Source: Octopus sinensis
Taxonomy: Eukaryota
DNA: 64,000 nucleotides
NCBI RefSeq assembly: GCF_006345805.1
Contig: NC_043003.1
Span: 82,894,001-82,958,000, forward strand
Reading direction: 5' to 3'
Position numbers and translations under genes: made by a program. Shown here piece after piece: positions 13,667-28,032 of this stretch. The notes under the pieces are model-generated. The model was not told the origin of the DNA, made no database searches, and saw only the letters and a list, made by a program, of their open reading frames with translations. Numbering within the stretch: position 1 is the first letter of the stretch; each line of letters opens with the position of its first letter.

Positions 13667-14582
13667 CAAATAGTTTTATGAGCTACTAATAGTTTTATGC
13701 TATTATGATACTTGAACAGGCATATTTATAAAACACGCCATGTATCTTAAAGCAATCTTTCAGGCTCTTTTTATGCGTTATATATAATTTTTATATATGT
13801 ACATATATATATGCACATTTTATTTGAACTTTTCGATATTATTCTTTAGCTTCGAGTGAAAACTGCTAAACCTTGCCTTTTTCAAGATACAGAGTTGGCA
13901 ATATGTTTTACTTCTTGAAGACGGTAAAATAGTATTTTAAAAGTGTTTACTTCCTTTTTCCTTGTAGACCAGCGCCGTTGACTTGAAGATTATGACCTTG
14001 CACAATATTATCATTAAGTTGCTAAATAAATGTAGTGATTTAGATGCGCATTTATGTTTTTGTATAAAATATTTTTCAACAGAGGTTCATCTAACTCCTG
14101 AATATCTCGTGTAGAATGTCTGTTGCGTAGTAAGGTTAGAATACCACAATGATTATACATGAATAGAAAATGTATGACTGAACGTTCGTGCATACAGTTA
14201 AGTAAATCAGTAATCAAGAGTCAGATAGGCTTGCGCAATTTTTGTTCAAAGCAATATTTCCATTTATAGTCAGGTTTCTGTGTGAAGCATCGATCCCATA
14301 AAGTGAAAAAGCAAGTGATGTACAATAAACGTCGAAAGGACACTTTGGGGAAAGACATTAGAAAGGATTCTATTAATGAGAATACGTAGCTTCATGTTTT
14401 CCCTCTCGGAGGGATCCTAGCATCGAAATCGTTTAGCGCTAGATTGTCCACAGCACACTACATTTTTTAAAGAGAGTATGGTGTCATTTAAATGTCATTT
14501 CTAAAAAATCAAATGTCTTATTTAGAGGTTCGGCAATAGTTCTCCTTTTGACTTTATAGCAGAAATATTTTAATTCAGAAGA

Positions 14583-14815
14583 GGGCGGCGACCTGGCAAA
14601 ATCGTTAGCATTACCTGGCAAAATACTTTGTGGCATTTCGTCCATTCTTCAGTTTTGTGTTCACATTTCGCCGAGGTCGACTTTGCATTTCATCATATCA
14701 AGAGCGATAGCATAAGTATCAGTTGAGTACTAGGCTCATTGTAATGACTAAAACCCACCAACACTACCACGAAAATTGCTGGCTTTGCACCAAAATTTGA
14801 AATCTATATCGGAAT
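14583..14815 (+). mobile_element. SINE family A, diverged
   Basis: ggcggcgacctggcaaaatcgttagc...cgccgaggtcgactttgc. Confidence 0.75.
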
Positions 14816-15654
14816 TTACATGTTATTTTGTTGTTTTGTTTTCTGAAATACAATCTAAGGTTTGCAAGTTAGCATTTCAAGTTGGCAAGAAAGCATTTAA
14901 TACTGGCGGATATGTATAATTATTACAATGCCCTCGTTTACTCAGAGCTAGCTAGTTGTGAACGGAATCTACTCATTGCAGTCAAGTACACACTCGTCTT
15001 TTCTTTCGTCATTGATATTAAATTCTCCCCCTTGCCTAGATGCCACAATAGTCATTCACTATGTTGTCTTCTGACAGTGATCGAATATGAACATCAACTC
15101 CATTTATCTTATCAGTCATAAATGACGGCTAGCAAGTGTCATAAAATACTCATATTCTGCTTTATTAAATAATTAACACAAAACAAAATATTTTTCTACG
15201 GGACACATTGTAAACAATTTCACAGTCTAATGATAAGCCTTGACTAATGGATGCGCATATGCACATACCACCACTCATTATATATCATTATATACCGAGA
15301 AAATGAAAGAGAATCTAAGGAGGCAAGCGGCTCCTAGGAAACCGTAACCAAATTGTACGCTTATACGTACTGTATACCGCCATATTAAACATAGAAAATC
15401 ACTTTCGATAATATAATCGTAGAAAAACTATAAACGAAGAAAAGTGGGCGGCTTTGTCAATGCTGAAATAGCTTTTATCATAAGTGTCCTCCATTAGAGC
15501 TGAGTTTGAGACTAAGTAAAAATACAGCAACCAATATTATAAAATGCTACTATAAATAGGGTTTCGTTCGAAAAAAGACATATTTAAAGTAACGTTCAAG
15601 TTGTAGATATAACAATAAAATGTCAAAATATAAGCTGGCCCACAAAATACTTAC

Positions 15655-15742
15655 ATTTTCGTTGATATCCTCTGAAGAAAATAAGCTTTGCAGATCCCCT
15701 GTGATCGTAAAATGTTTCTCTTCGACAATTGCAAGTCAATGG
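15655..15742 (-). CDS. candidate exon; acceptor and frame ambiguous
   Basis: Perfect donor |gtaagt at 15654. Possible acceptors at 15743 (after a TG repeat), near 15699 and at 15672 (ttattttcttcag). Two frames are open over 88 nt. Confidence 0.3.
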
Positions 15743-15755
15743 CTGCAGGTCAACA

Positions 15756-15817
<62 letters not shown>

Positions 15818-16470
15818 GACTCATATGGAAAACGAAAGCATTTCAGAGGACCAACAATACTAGAAATAACAGCTAATCAAAGATGACGATGTTATTCCGA
15901 GTTCTTGTAGTGAGGAACATATATATCATCGATAAAAAAAATGACTTGTAGAAAACACAAGATGAATACGTAATATATAACTAAATTGGATTCGATTCAG
16001 AGAATCAATGTGGAATATTCAAGAAGTGAAGTGAACATTACTTCGATGGAAACAATAAAAGTTTTGAGTTACAGTTGCAGATTTCCATAAATTTTGTTTC
16101 CAAATACTTTTCTAAATATATATGTTTGACTTGTATTTATCTATCTCTTACTATGTTTTGATATCTAATTGGTTATCTCTAAATATGTTTATCGCTTTAG
16201 CTCCGCATCGACATTTGTTGATTTATTTTTCTATGACTTTAGCCACTCATCTGTTTATTTATATTTCTGCGTCACCGACTTTCTTTTTCTACTCCCACTT
16301 TTCTCTCTCTCTCCTTCTCTCTCCCTCACTCTGTATACATACATATATATATATATATGAATATTTATATATAAAATATATATATATATATATGTATATA
16401 CATATATATGTGTATATATATATATATGTATATATACATACACATACTGTATATATATATATATATATAC

Positions 16471-16529
<59 letters not shown>

Positions 16530-17171
16530 TGTTTTTCTGTCCATTTATATATGTAAGGTCATCTAAGCATACAAATATACACACATAAATATCTTTCCAT
16601 GTTTACATTTAAACAAAGTGAAACGAAGCGTACAAAGATTAAGAGAATATGAAATAAATTTGTACTGTGACCACTCATGCTTATATATCCGTTTTCATTT
16701 GCCCTTTATATCTACACGCCTCACTTAGTGTTGTTTCTCTGTAAACATATATTCGCCTTTTAAATCTATAAATTTAATCCAATTACATATCTTTATTATT
16801 ATTAAAGGTGCGAGGGTGGTAGCTTTGTTATGTGGGATGGTCATATTACACAGGGTATTGGATTGTAAGAACTGTATAATATCCTAATGAATGATGTACT
16901 ATAACGTGCTTTCTTCAAATCCATCCAAACTTAACCGTACCTTTCATGCAGGAATCAGAAGTATAAAATACCAATGAAAAAGTGGGGTCAATGTAATCTA
17001 CAATACCCAATTCGTCAAGTGAGAGGTCACTTTCCTATGTTTGAAATAATTTTTAAGAGCGTTCTTTACAGAATCGGAAAATAGCCGGACTAAATTCATA
17101 ATTGTTCAGTTCACGTTTGAGCTCTAGTCGAACCATTGCAGCTTTGTTCCACATCCCTTGAGCGATTTTTA

Positions 17172-17353
17172 ACAGCCAGGAGTGACTGTGTGATAAGAGG
17201 CTTGCTCCCCAACCACATGGTTCCGGGTTCAGTTCCACTGCGTGGTACCTTGGGTAAGTATTTTCTACCATAGCCTCAGGAAGCTCAACAAAGCCTTGTG
17301 AGTGGATCTGGTACGCGGAAACTCTAAGAAGGGCGTCGTGTATACATATATAT

Positions 17354-17408
<55 letters not shown>

Positions 17409-18975
17409 ATGTATGTATGTATATATATATATATATATGTGCATGTGTGTGTGTGTGTATAGGGGTTTGACAAAATAATGGAAACACCTAGCATCATAGC
17501 ATCATAATTTGGAAATATCTATAAAACGTCAAAGGCTTGTTTATTTATTTATTTTTATTTCTTATTAGTGTTGCGTAATATGTTTTGCTAAATTACTGCT
17601 TTTTTTTTCAGATATCATCAGAAAAAGCCAATTAAAATTCATTAAAGTAACAGATCTAGCGGACATTCAAAGAGGACAAATTGTTGGTTCTCGTATGGTA
17701 AGGGCTAGCGTAACGAAAACAGTTGAAATGTTTGGTGTATCAAGAGGTACTGTCTCGAAAGTAATCGCAGCCTTTGAGAGAGAGAAAGAAAACTCCTCGT
17801 TGAAACAAAGATATGGAAGAAATGCAAAAGATTCATATAGGGACCGTCGAACTTACGCGAATTGTTAGAAAGGATCACAAAAGTACAGATCCCAAAATTA
17901 CTGCAGAGCTTAATGGCCAACTTGGGAACCCAGTTTTCACAAAAACTGTTCGCCGAGAGAAGCTAAACAAACCCAGGTTTCACGGGAGGGTTGCAATCAG
18001 AAAACCACTGCTTTCAAATACAAATATTGCAAAGCATTTAGAGTTGAGTAAAAACCTACAGAATTGGTCCGTAGAGCAGTAGAAGGATGTTAATTTCTCG
18101 AAGAAGTCATCTTTTACCGTATTTCCGGCCATCGGCTGAGTATACGTGTGGAGACAGCCAAAAGAAGCATTTGACCCATACTACCTTCTTCCAACTCTTA
18201 AACATGGAGGATGATCTGTGATGATCTGGAAATCCGCCGACCTAATAGTTTACCTTCATGTCAGAATTAATAGTGAAGACTATTCAAGCATTTTATCTAT
18301 CAAATTCATCCTATGGTTGCAGAACTGTTTCCGGAGGGAGACGCAATTTTTCAGGATGATAATGCACCAATTCACACTGCTAAAGTTGTTACTGAATGGC
18401 GCAAGGAACATCAAGTGAAGTTGAACATCTTATCTGGCCACCACAGACCTCAGATCTCAATATTATTGAACATTTATGGTGCATTTTAGAAAAATAGATA
18501 AGGTGTCGATATCTTCCACTATCATCACTACAAGAACTGGAGACTGTTTTAGCTGAAGAAGGGACAAAAAATTATTTGGAAACAATTCAAACTTTGTATG
18601 AGTCCATGCCTTGTAGACTTCAAGCTGTAATTACTGCCAAAGGCGGTCCTACCCAATATTAGAATAAATTTATTTGAAATTTTAAGGTGTTTCCATTATT
18701 TTGTCTAACCCCTGTGTGTATATATACATACATGTGTGTGTGTGTGTGTGTGTGTATGTACATACATAGATATGTATTTGTGTGTCTGTATTCGTAAGCC
18801 CCTCCATCATTTGACGACCGATGTTGGTGTGTTTACATCCGGTAGCACAGCAGCGGGGCAAAAAAGATAGAATAAGTACTAGACTTGGAAAGAATAAGTC
18901 GTGGGGTCGATTTCTTCGACTAAAGGCGGTGCTCTAGCATGACAAGTGTCAAATGACTAAAATAAGTAAAAGAAT
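17172..18975 (+). mobile_element. SINE family B split by a Tc1 insertion in its central microsatellite
   Basis: Head at 17172-17340 and tail at 18780-18975, same orientation, on either side of the Tc1. Confidence 0.75.
17460..18714 (+). mobile_element. Tc1-family (DD34E) DNA transposon, full length, inactive
   Basis: 30-bp TIRs (c/t)agggg(t)t(a/t)gacaaaataatggaaacacct, 28/30 identical. Left TA. Transposase relic DIQRGQIVG..FGVSRGTVSKV, FQDDNAPIH, DLNIIEHLW, GGPTQY*. First catalytic Asp is mutated and frameshifts are present. Confidence 0.92.
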
Positions 18976-19012
18976 AAATGAATGACAGAGTATATATATA
19001 TATATATATATA

Positions 19013-19804
19013 CCAAACTTGCATAAAGATATCTTGAAATCCTAGATTAAACTTACTCAATAAAATCGCAGCTGGCTTCATCCACGGCCTCAAGACGACT
19101 TCGGAATCTCCTGCAGCTCTTCTGGACGGTTCCCTTGTTTATGTTGGTGAACGCTGCTACAATCCTTTCCTTCAATTCATCAGTGGTGTGACAAGGAGTT
19201 TTGATGGTCTCTCGTTCAACTGCGCCCCCACACGTTCTAATGAAAGGGGCTACAGTCTGGGAAGTTAGGTGGCCGGATGTTAGGGTTGATGTGGTCGCAG
19301 AAATTGTCTGAGAACCATGACTGAGTTCTCCTGCTTTTGTGATATGGTGCAGATCTTTTTTGCTACATATAAGGTCTTCCAGCAGCCACCATCTTGTCTC
19401 AGCCCTTCCTTCTCCTGCCACTTGATGTAGGCATCCGTGTTGATTCTGAGGCAGTGTGGGAAGATGAATGGATGCATAATGTCACCATTACTACTGATCA
19501 CTCCAGACACCATGATGTTGATTGAATGTTTGATATTTATCACTCCCGGTACATTTTCTCAGATTGCACTGGCCTTAGATTGACGCCCAAGCACTCTGAA
19601 ATGTACGTATTAGAGCTTCCGTTACGAATGCCAAGCAGTACAGCATGTCCCTTCTAAATTTCTGGCCGAATGAATTGCGTCATGGTGCCGTTTTCTGACA
19701 GACGGTGCCCAACTGAACCTACTATACTGTGTAGTCGACAAAATCAAAAACTGTGCACATGCCCAAAATTAAAAATACGTGGCAACAATGTACACAATTT
19801 AACT

Positions 19805-19806
<2 letters not shown>
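19013..19806 (-). mobile_element. maT/DD37D-like transposon, internally deleted
   Basis: ATG at 19683 (MTQFIRPE..LLGIRNG) joins almost directly to VINIKHSINIMVSGVISSNGDIMHPFIFP, then GAVERET..ELKERIVAAFTN..CRRFRSRLEAV. Flanked by (TA)n; TIRs not recognisable. Confidence 0.8.
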
Positions 19807-19846
<40 letters not shown>

Positions 19847-20039
19847 AATGAATGTATGTATGTATGTATGTATGTATGTATGTATGTATGTATGTATGTA
19901 TGTATGTATGTATGTGTATATGTGTGTCTGTGTGGGTTTGTGTGACTGTGTGTGTATTTGTGTATGAGTGTTTGTATGTGTGTTCGAAATACTGTAGCGA
20001 AAGTAATATTGGTTCCAAGGTGACAGAAGGCCGGCTGTT

Positions 20040-20208
20040 TTAGGGAGGGGCCATGTAGATTAAATCGACCCCAGACCGCATGGGTTATTTATTTTATCGA
20101 TGAAAGGACAAGCAGGCCTCCGCGGAATTTAACGTCTGAACGTAAAGACGGACGAAATTCTGCTAAGCATGTTCCCCGACGCGCTAACGATTTTCAGCTT
20201 ACCGCCAT
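20040..20208 (-). mobile_element. SINE family A, diverged
   Basis: Reverse complement of ggcggtaagctgaaaatcgttagc...cggaggcc. Confidence 0.65.
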
Positions 20209-21799
20209 AATAAACATAAGTAATATTAATTTCTAAAATTTCATATGGTTAAACTTCTGTGACAAACCTACTTATTCTGGGGCGCACTGAAACAAATCTA
20301 ATGAGGAGCAAGCCAAAGGAGACACTGACCAGATTTGAAATCAAACGGATATTGTCAGATGGAAAGGAATTATCTTCAAAAATGTTTCCCTACTAATACA
20401 CCGAAGATAAATGCAATTTCTAATTCTGAGATTTATTTTCCACACAAAAAGCAATTTGAATATTTGAAAGATTTCTTCAGACTCATAAAGTAGTTATGTT
20501 TTTAATCTTATATAAATGCATTCTAAATATTCCTAAGTAACAACAGAACCATCTTCAAAAACTAAATGAAAATTTCCATACCATCCGAGAAATTATAATT
20601 AAGTAAGATATCACATTTCCACCTGTCATTGCTTTTCCCCCTACTACTCATGTGCGTCTTTCTGTATTTCGCCGACTCCCTTAAACTCTCTTTCTATGTG
20701 TCCCTCATTACCATCCATGTCTGTTTCTCTTACTTCCTCTGTCTCTATTACTGTACTTCTTTTACCATCTCCTCTCTCTTACACTGTGAACACATTTTAT
20801 TTAGCTCAGACCATCAGCAACACGTCTATAGGCATATCAGAACGTTAAAAATTTGTATTTCAAACTATCACTCAACAGTTATGCTGATAGGGTCAGCATA
20901 AATCAATAATTGGTTTCTTTTTCTATCACTGTTAAGAGAAACACCTTTTATTCTCCAATTTGGTGTTATTCACCGGATTTCAAAGCAATAAGTCTCATCA
21001 GGTGGGATCTCGTTTTTACGATCATAGCTGACATTGACTGCTGCAACTCCGAAAGTAATATCAAATAGGTACGTGGCCTAAGACAGCTTAAGTATTCTTC
21101 TCATTTTGATAGTCTTTCCATTTAAATTAAGATCTACTCCAATGCTATCAAAAGGCCATCAAAATTTGGATGGTCACAGCTGGAATGCTTTCATTCTAGA
21201 TCTGTGCAATTACAAATGACCTGAGATTAAGCAGCGACTATAAATATTTTGAACCAAAGTGAAATCACCTCACTAACTGATTCTCAACTCGTCTTTTCAC
21301 TTATCACTTCACCATAATGTAATCTGCAGTTTATACAATTAGACCCATGTAAAACTTTTGATTAAATCTTCTCTAAAGATAAAAGTTAAAGACAGATTGT
21401 TCTGTATCCTATACGCAAAAAAATGCTAGTTATTTTTTAAATAATTCTTAGAGATAAAGAACAAAAAGGAAAAGAGCAAACAAGCAGTAAACGTTGACAA
21501 TATTATTGCACCCAAAGAGGAAGATCATTTTAAGGAAATAGCAATTCATTTCTCAATTTTCATTTATATCGCGAGGGGAAAATAGCTGTTCCTTCGCAAC
21601 ATGCTTTCTTAGAGTTACATTGGTAGCCGTAACGAAGGATCTGTTTTGTTGTCATTGTGTGACATGCCAGTGATAGCAGCAAAATTTTGTTCAAATCACA
21701 TTGCTACCATTGATAATGTAGCGGACCTAAGGCTAAATGTCAACAGTGAGAACGTCTGTATATAGATTTATTTTTAGACACACTCACACACACATACAT

Positions 21800-22015
21800 A
21801 TGTGTGTGTGTCCGTTTCTTCCCCACACAGCCGCTTGACAACAGTGGTTGTGTTTACGTCTCCATAAACTTGCGTTTCAATAAAAAAAGAACCAATAGAA
21901 TAACTAACAAGCTTTAAAAAACTAATGTGGTCCAATGATTCAACTAAACATTCTTAAAGGCGGCGCCCCGGCATGGCAGTAGTCTTATAACTGAAACAGG
22001 TAAACGATAAAAGAC
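21800..22015 (+). mobile_element. SINE family B 3' half
   Basis: cgcttgacaac..gtgtttacgtc..ggcggcgccccggcatggc..ctgaaacaggtaaacgataaaaga. Confidence 0.65.
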
Positions 22016-22327
22016 ATATGTATATGTCCACAAATATATGCTTTTTGAATATTATACATATACAACATATACATAATCTCTCTCCACCCCTACACACTCA
22101 ATAATACTATAAAAAGAGACAATTCTCCTCCAAAAATTCAACTCTGAAGAAACCACTAGAGTGGATGCAAGCGCTATATATGACTTATAAAAACATGTGA
22201 CATATTAATAAATATCTGTAAATATAAAACTATCCAGATTTCTGAGTACCTTATTTCTTCTAATATATAATACCTGTACATCACCTCCAAACCTTCTAAC
22301 ACAAACACACACACATACACACACACA

Positions 22328-22395
<68 letters not shown>

Positions 22396-22424
22396 CATGT
22401 ATGTATCTATACATATGTATTTAT

Positions 22425-24750
22425 ATATCTAAATCCCACTCCATCGCACCCATTTGAGAACATAAACTTCCACAAAGCGGACTGGGGAGCAATCAGAAAG
22501 GATCTGTCTTTCATCGACTCGTCTTTTACTCTCAATTCCACCCATATTGAGACCGCATGGCAGCACTTTGAAAACATTGTCACCTATACATGCTCTAAAC
22601 ACGCTCCCACGAAATCTACTAACACAAACAGAAACCGGCTCCCTAGAAAGAAAAAAACACTCATCAGGCGCATCAAAAGACTCAAAAAAATCAACCAATT
22701 AAAATATTCCCACACACAACATCCACATTCAACAACAATGAAAAGGCTAGAGCTGGAAAAACTTCATCTGCAGACCGACATGAAAACCTCCATTGGAAAT
22801 CAAAGAGCTGTGACGGAACAGTGGGTAATCAAAAAACATCAAACAGAACCCAAAAGTGTTCTAGTCTTATGCAAATAAGCATAGAACCACTGTCTCACCC
22901 ATTGGGCCATTGATTGATGATAACGGCATTCCCCAACACGATGCTAAAAAATAGCAGAAATACTGCAGAAACAATACTGCTCTGTCTTTAGTGTTCCCAC
23001 TGATATTGACGTAAGAGAAGCGAAGGAAGTTGACTCCCAACATAAAATCTCAGACATAACCTTCACTGCCACTGACATCGTAGCAGCAAAAAATGAGGTC
23101 AAATACTACTCTGCTGTAGGCCCTGATAGGTTCCCCGCTAGTCTCCTGAAGGAATGTGGACACCAACTTGCAGTCCCTCTGACCAACCTCTGGAGAAATT
23201 CGTCAGACGCAGGTTATATACCGAAACAGTTTCTATCCCAGTCAGTCATCCCGGTTTTCAAACAGGGAAACAGATCCCTCGCAATCAACTATCGCCCAAT
23301 CTCACTCACCTCCCACATCATTAAAGTGTTTGAAAGAGTGTTAAGATCAAGGATAGCTGACTTCCTGGAGACCCACAAGCTCATAAATGCAAATCAGCAT
23401 GGCTTTCGCTGTGGCAGGGACTGTCAAACACAGCTCTTACACCACATTGAAGATGTACTCAAAGTCTTGGGAACAGATTCGAACGCTGATGTCATATATC
23501 TTGACTTCAGTAAAGCGTTCGACAGGGTAGACCATAATATCCTACTCTCAAATTTGGCAAATGTTGGAATCCGTGGAAAAGTTCTACACTGGATTAAGTA
23601 TTTCCTGGCGAATAGAACACAACATGTTGTAGTTGATGGAGTCCACTCAAGCCCAGCAAAAGTCACCAGCGGTGTTCCCCAGGGACTGTCTTGGGTCCGC
23701 TACTCTTCATAATTTACATGAACGACCTTTCCAGTGTCGTACATTACTGCAAAGTGAAAATATTTGCTGATGACACTAAGCTCCAGCAAATCGTCAATGA
23801 AGAAGCAGACCGAACTCAACTCCAGTCTGATCTATATGCTGTGAGTCAATGGGCAGACAGAAACAAAATGCAACTGAACGAGGGAAAATTTGAGCTGATG
23901 CATTTTGGAAGAAATTCCCCACTGAAACAGCCATACTCTCTTCCTTCAGGGGAACCGCTCACATCCTCTAACAATATCAGAGACCTGGGTGTAATTGTTG
24001 ATGACGATCTCAGTTGGAGTGCACACATCAACAAGAAGGTCGATATAGCTCGTAAGATGAGTTCCTGGATCTTAAGAACTTTCCGGTCCAGAGAACAAGG
24101 TGTCGTCATACCACTTTTCTCCTCCTTTGTACGGCCACACCTCGAATACTGCTGCCCACTGTGGTCTCCCCATACAAGACAAAACATCTCGAGGATTGAG
24201 TCACCCCAGAGGGCACTCACTAAACGAATTGAAGGCATGACTGCTCTCGATTATTGGGATCGCCTTAAAGCCTTGAAACTTTACTCTCTCCAGCGTCGCT
24301 GTGAGCGGTACATCATTTGTACGATGTGGAGAATATATACCGCCAACTTTTCCCAAATGACCTGAACATTAGCTTCAAGGTTCATCCAAGACTGGGACCA
24401 CGGGCCATACGTCCCCTGCCCAATTCAAGATCACAGCATACATGTACACTGCAACATAATTTCTTTTCCTCAACAGGCCCTGTCCTACTTAACATTGTCC
24501 CGAAAGAGATCAAAGAGAAAAAGGATCCCATCAACTTTAAACGGAGTCTGGATAGATTCCTTCAAAGAATACCAGATAAGCCACCCATAATTGAATACAA
24601 CTCACCCAACAAGAAATCACTACTTGAATGGACCATAAACAAAACTTGACTTAAACAGGATTCGAATAATCCTATCAGGTGGTGCTATTAAGTTAGACAT
24701 GGCCTGGACCAATCTTTGGTCGAAACATATCTAAGTTTATCTAAGTTTAT
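22425..24750 (+). mobile_element. CR1/L2-group LINE, 5'-truncated ORF2 (RT), frameshifted
   Basis: NYRPISLTS, NQHGFR, YLDFSKAFDRVDH, GVPQG, GPLLFIIYMNDL, FADDTKL, RPHLEYC. 3' tail (CTAAGTTTAT)2 at 24731-24750. Confidence 0.92.
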
Positions 24751-25931
24751 ATGTGTCCATGTGTATATACATATATATATATATATGTGTATATATATAA
24801 ATATATATATATATATTTATATATATATATATATAGACAAGTATTCATTTTGAGACTAATGAATCATGGCATATATATGAATATATGTACATATATATAT
24901 ATGTGTGTGTGTCTATGAGAACATGCATCACTTTTGAGACTGTAATGAACTTATCAACTACTTGAAGGAAAGTTAGACCGTGCATTGAGTATTGGTGCCG
25001 ATTATTGTTACGCAAGAACAAAATGAATATTGTTGGCAACAACACTGAAATTTTACTGTTATATATAAATATCACAGGTCAGGAAGTCATTATTTTTGCA
25101 TGTGATTTGTCTATTACATATGGGATAATATCAGTAATGTGTTGCGCTATGAATATTCCCTCAAAAGTGAATCTTTGAAAAGCATTTATGTGTTGTGCAC
25201 TTACGTATTTTGATTCTTTTAACCTGCATTTGATAAATGTTGCGACAAGTTACTGACATTCAAATTGATTTTGGTAAAACCCCAAAGACAAAGAACTCAT
25301 TGGAAAATGTCACAATCAGTCTGATAGAATATATAACGCTAGAAACTATTTTTGCTTTAATAAACACACACATTTACATACACAAATACCCACAGACCTA
25401 CAAACATACATATATACATACATGCGTGCATACATATATAGACACACATATGCGCACATGGCTATGTATATATAGATGTATATATGTATGTTTGTCTGCG
25501 TGTTTATCTGTTTATAATTATTATATTTAATTTTTCATCAATTGACAACGACGACACTCAACGTTTCGACGAATAATTTTCCATAAAATAAATACCTCTT
25601 GCAAAATTAATTACAGTATTACTATGATGGTCAGAAGCCTTGAGTTATGTGCCCGATTATGGATAACTGGTAGCAGTAATTTTTTTTTTTAAATTAACGA
25701 ATGTATATCATATGTACATATACTAATTCGCTGATTTGATACAGAAGCCATACAGTTTGCAACACCACTCAACTTCTTCACAACTTACGCTTTTGAAAAT
25801 CATGCAAAATGGAAAGCTGATAATTTTATCAATATTGCAGAAATAGATCTTATACACTCTGTGAATTTTCATACGAGAAGTTTATTTCCCATGTATATGC
25901 AAGCGCACATTTGCATGTATGTGTGCGTGTA

Positions 25932-25993
<62 letters not shown>

Positions 25994-26784
25994 ATAAACT
26001 AACTTGGAAATGGATGTGTGTCGTTCAATCATATCATAATATAAATAATATATATATATGCATGTATACACACATATATGTACATACATATACATGTATA
26101 TACATATACATATATGGGTACGGACGTCATGAAACGTAAACAACATGAACTACGAGAACATGGTATACGAACGTTTTTGCGAACAATGAAAGAAAGAAAT
26201 GGAAAACAAGACAATTAACATAATAAACTATTAACTGGAAAAATTGTAAAGTCTAAATAGTTTAAATACTAAATACGTGAAGTACATAATATAATAAACA
26301 TAAATGAAGCTAAAATTCTATAATTTAATCTATATTCATTAATTAATTTGTTTATTTAATAAACATCTAAGTTTCAACTTATTCTAATTATGTAATATAT
26401 ACTATATAACCTCGTGCAAATTTAACTACTAAAAATTATAACTACTGTAATTAGTAACATAAAACAGAGTTTATATATATACACACATTAGCTAACCATA
26501 TTATATAAGTCTACATTTACGTTTTCGTTAGTTGAGGGAATTAAATATATTTTTAATATTAGTTAATAATATATCCTTAAATATTTTAGTTCCCATATAT
26601 ATTTACTAAGGCCAGTAGAATTAATTAAATTTCTATTCTTAAAAGAATTCATGTGTTGAGCCACCCGTAATTTAATTTTATTAGAAGTCGACGCTATGCA
26701 AATTGTATTCATATTATAACCATGGTATATCATCAATCAAAGTCACTACACATTTGTATACTACATCATCGAAATTACATTTAT

Positions 26785-27039
26785 TACTATGAACTGAAGG
26801 CAAGGATTATGGCAGCATTCACCAACTTAATCAAGGAGACCATCCATAAGAGTTGCAGGAGATTCTGAAGTTGTCTGGAGGCCGTGGTTGAAACCAATTG
26901 CGATTTTTAAAAATATATTTACTCTTGAGTATTTTAAGATACCTTTTATGTAATTTTGGTAAATATATCTGTTACAATAAGATGTCAGTGCTATTTTCAT
27001 TTTTGCAAAATTTAGACGACAGTTAACTCAACGCACGCA

Positions 27040-27040
<1 letters not shown>
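26785..27040 (+). mobile_element. maT/DD37D 3' fragment, same family as 19013-19806
   Basis: ELKARIMAAFTNLIKETIHKSCRRF*SCLEAVV plus a matching 3' UTR, ending at (TA)n. Confidence 0.75.
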
Positions 27041-27089
<49 letters not shown>

Positions 27090-27925
27090 AGAGCGGCCCA
27101 AATGTAGATTTACAGTTATTCGACTTCCTCTTGCGCAATCATATATTAACATATTAGATCTTAATTATTCCATGCTAAGTTAGTTAATTTTGTCAAGCTC
27201 CCTTTTCAGTTTGTAACTGTTAACCTAATATTGGGTCATCCTGTATGCATGTCTATGTGTGTGTGTGTTTCTGTGTGTTTGCCTGTCTGTGTCTGTGTGT
27301 ATGTATGTATGTATCGAATTTCCCATTTTCCAATCACAGATAGGTGGTTCACCGTGAAATTACTGATTTTTTTTAATGAACATGTTCTATTCGCGTTTTT
27401 ACCATAAATATCCTCCAACTCTTGAAGTTTGCTGAACTTATAGGAAGATTATTCTTTGGAAACTCATAAATTAAAAATCGATTGATAACACTTGTTTTTT
27501 TCTGTGCTAGTTAGTCAAATACTCATCAATAACATTCTGTTCGTATCAACTATCGTATATTTCTTTCATCAGTTGCAAAAAATCAGAAAATTATAATTGA
27601 TATCCGAAAGGAAAGTTTTATAATACATCAATGGTTTTGTAATCACAAAAATTAAGTGTTCTTTCTTATTTAGAATTGCCTAATAATTAAAATTGTCAAC
27701 CATCGTGTTCAGTTAGAACTGGTTAAATCCATGCAGGCTTAATTAACGCATATTCATTCTTTTGAAACAACGTAAGCAGAAACCGCCCATGGTGCTCTTT
27801 ATCCAGTGAATAGAACATCGACTTTGCACGAATTTGTAGTAATTATCAACAAACTTTTTGTGAAATCAACCCTATTCCAATTTCCATTAGTTTAGAAAGA
27901 TACATAGCGATATTTCTTCCATGTA

Positions 27926-27998
27926 TTTACGTTCTGTATTCAATTTCTACTGGGGTCAGTTTTTACGTTCTGTATTCAATTTCTACTGGGGTCAGTTT
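27926..27998. repeat. 36-bp perfect tandem duplication
   Basis: tttacgttctgtattcaatttctactggggtcagtt twice, period 36. Confidence 0.9.
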
Positions 27999-28032
27999 TA
28001 ACATTTGATTATTTCTGAAGCACCGTGCATTA

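Noticed and set aside
20955-21010. Minus-strand CTGATGA..GAAA
   Set aside because: Weak helix II, no NUH triplet and at most a 3-bp helix I; a chance match.
27545-27580. Minus-strand CTGATGA-aa-GAAA
   Set aside because: No room for helix II.
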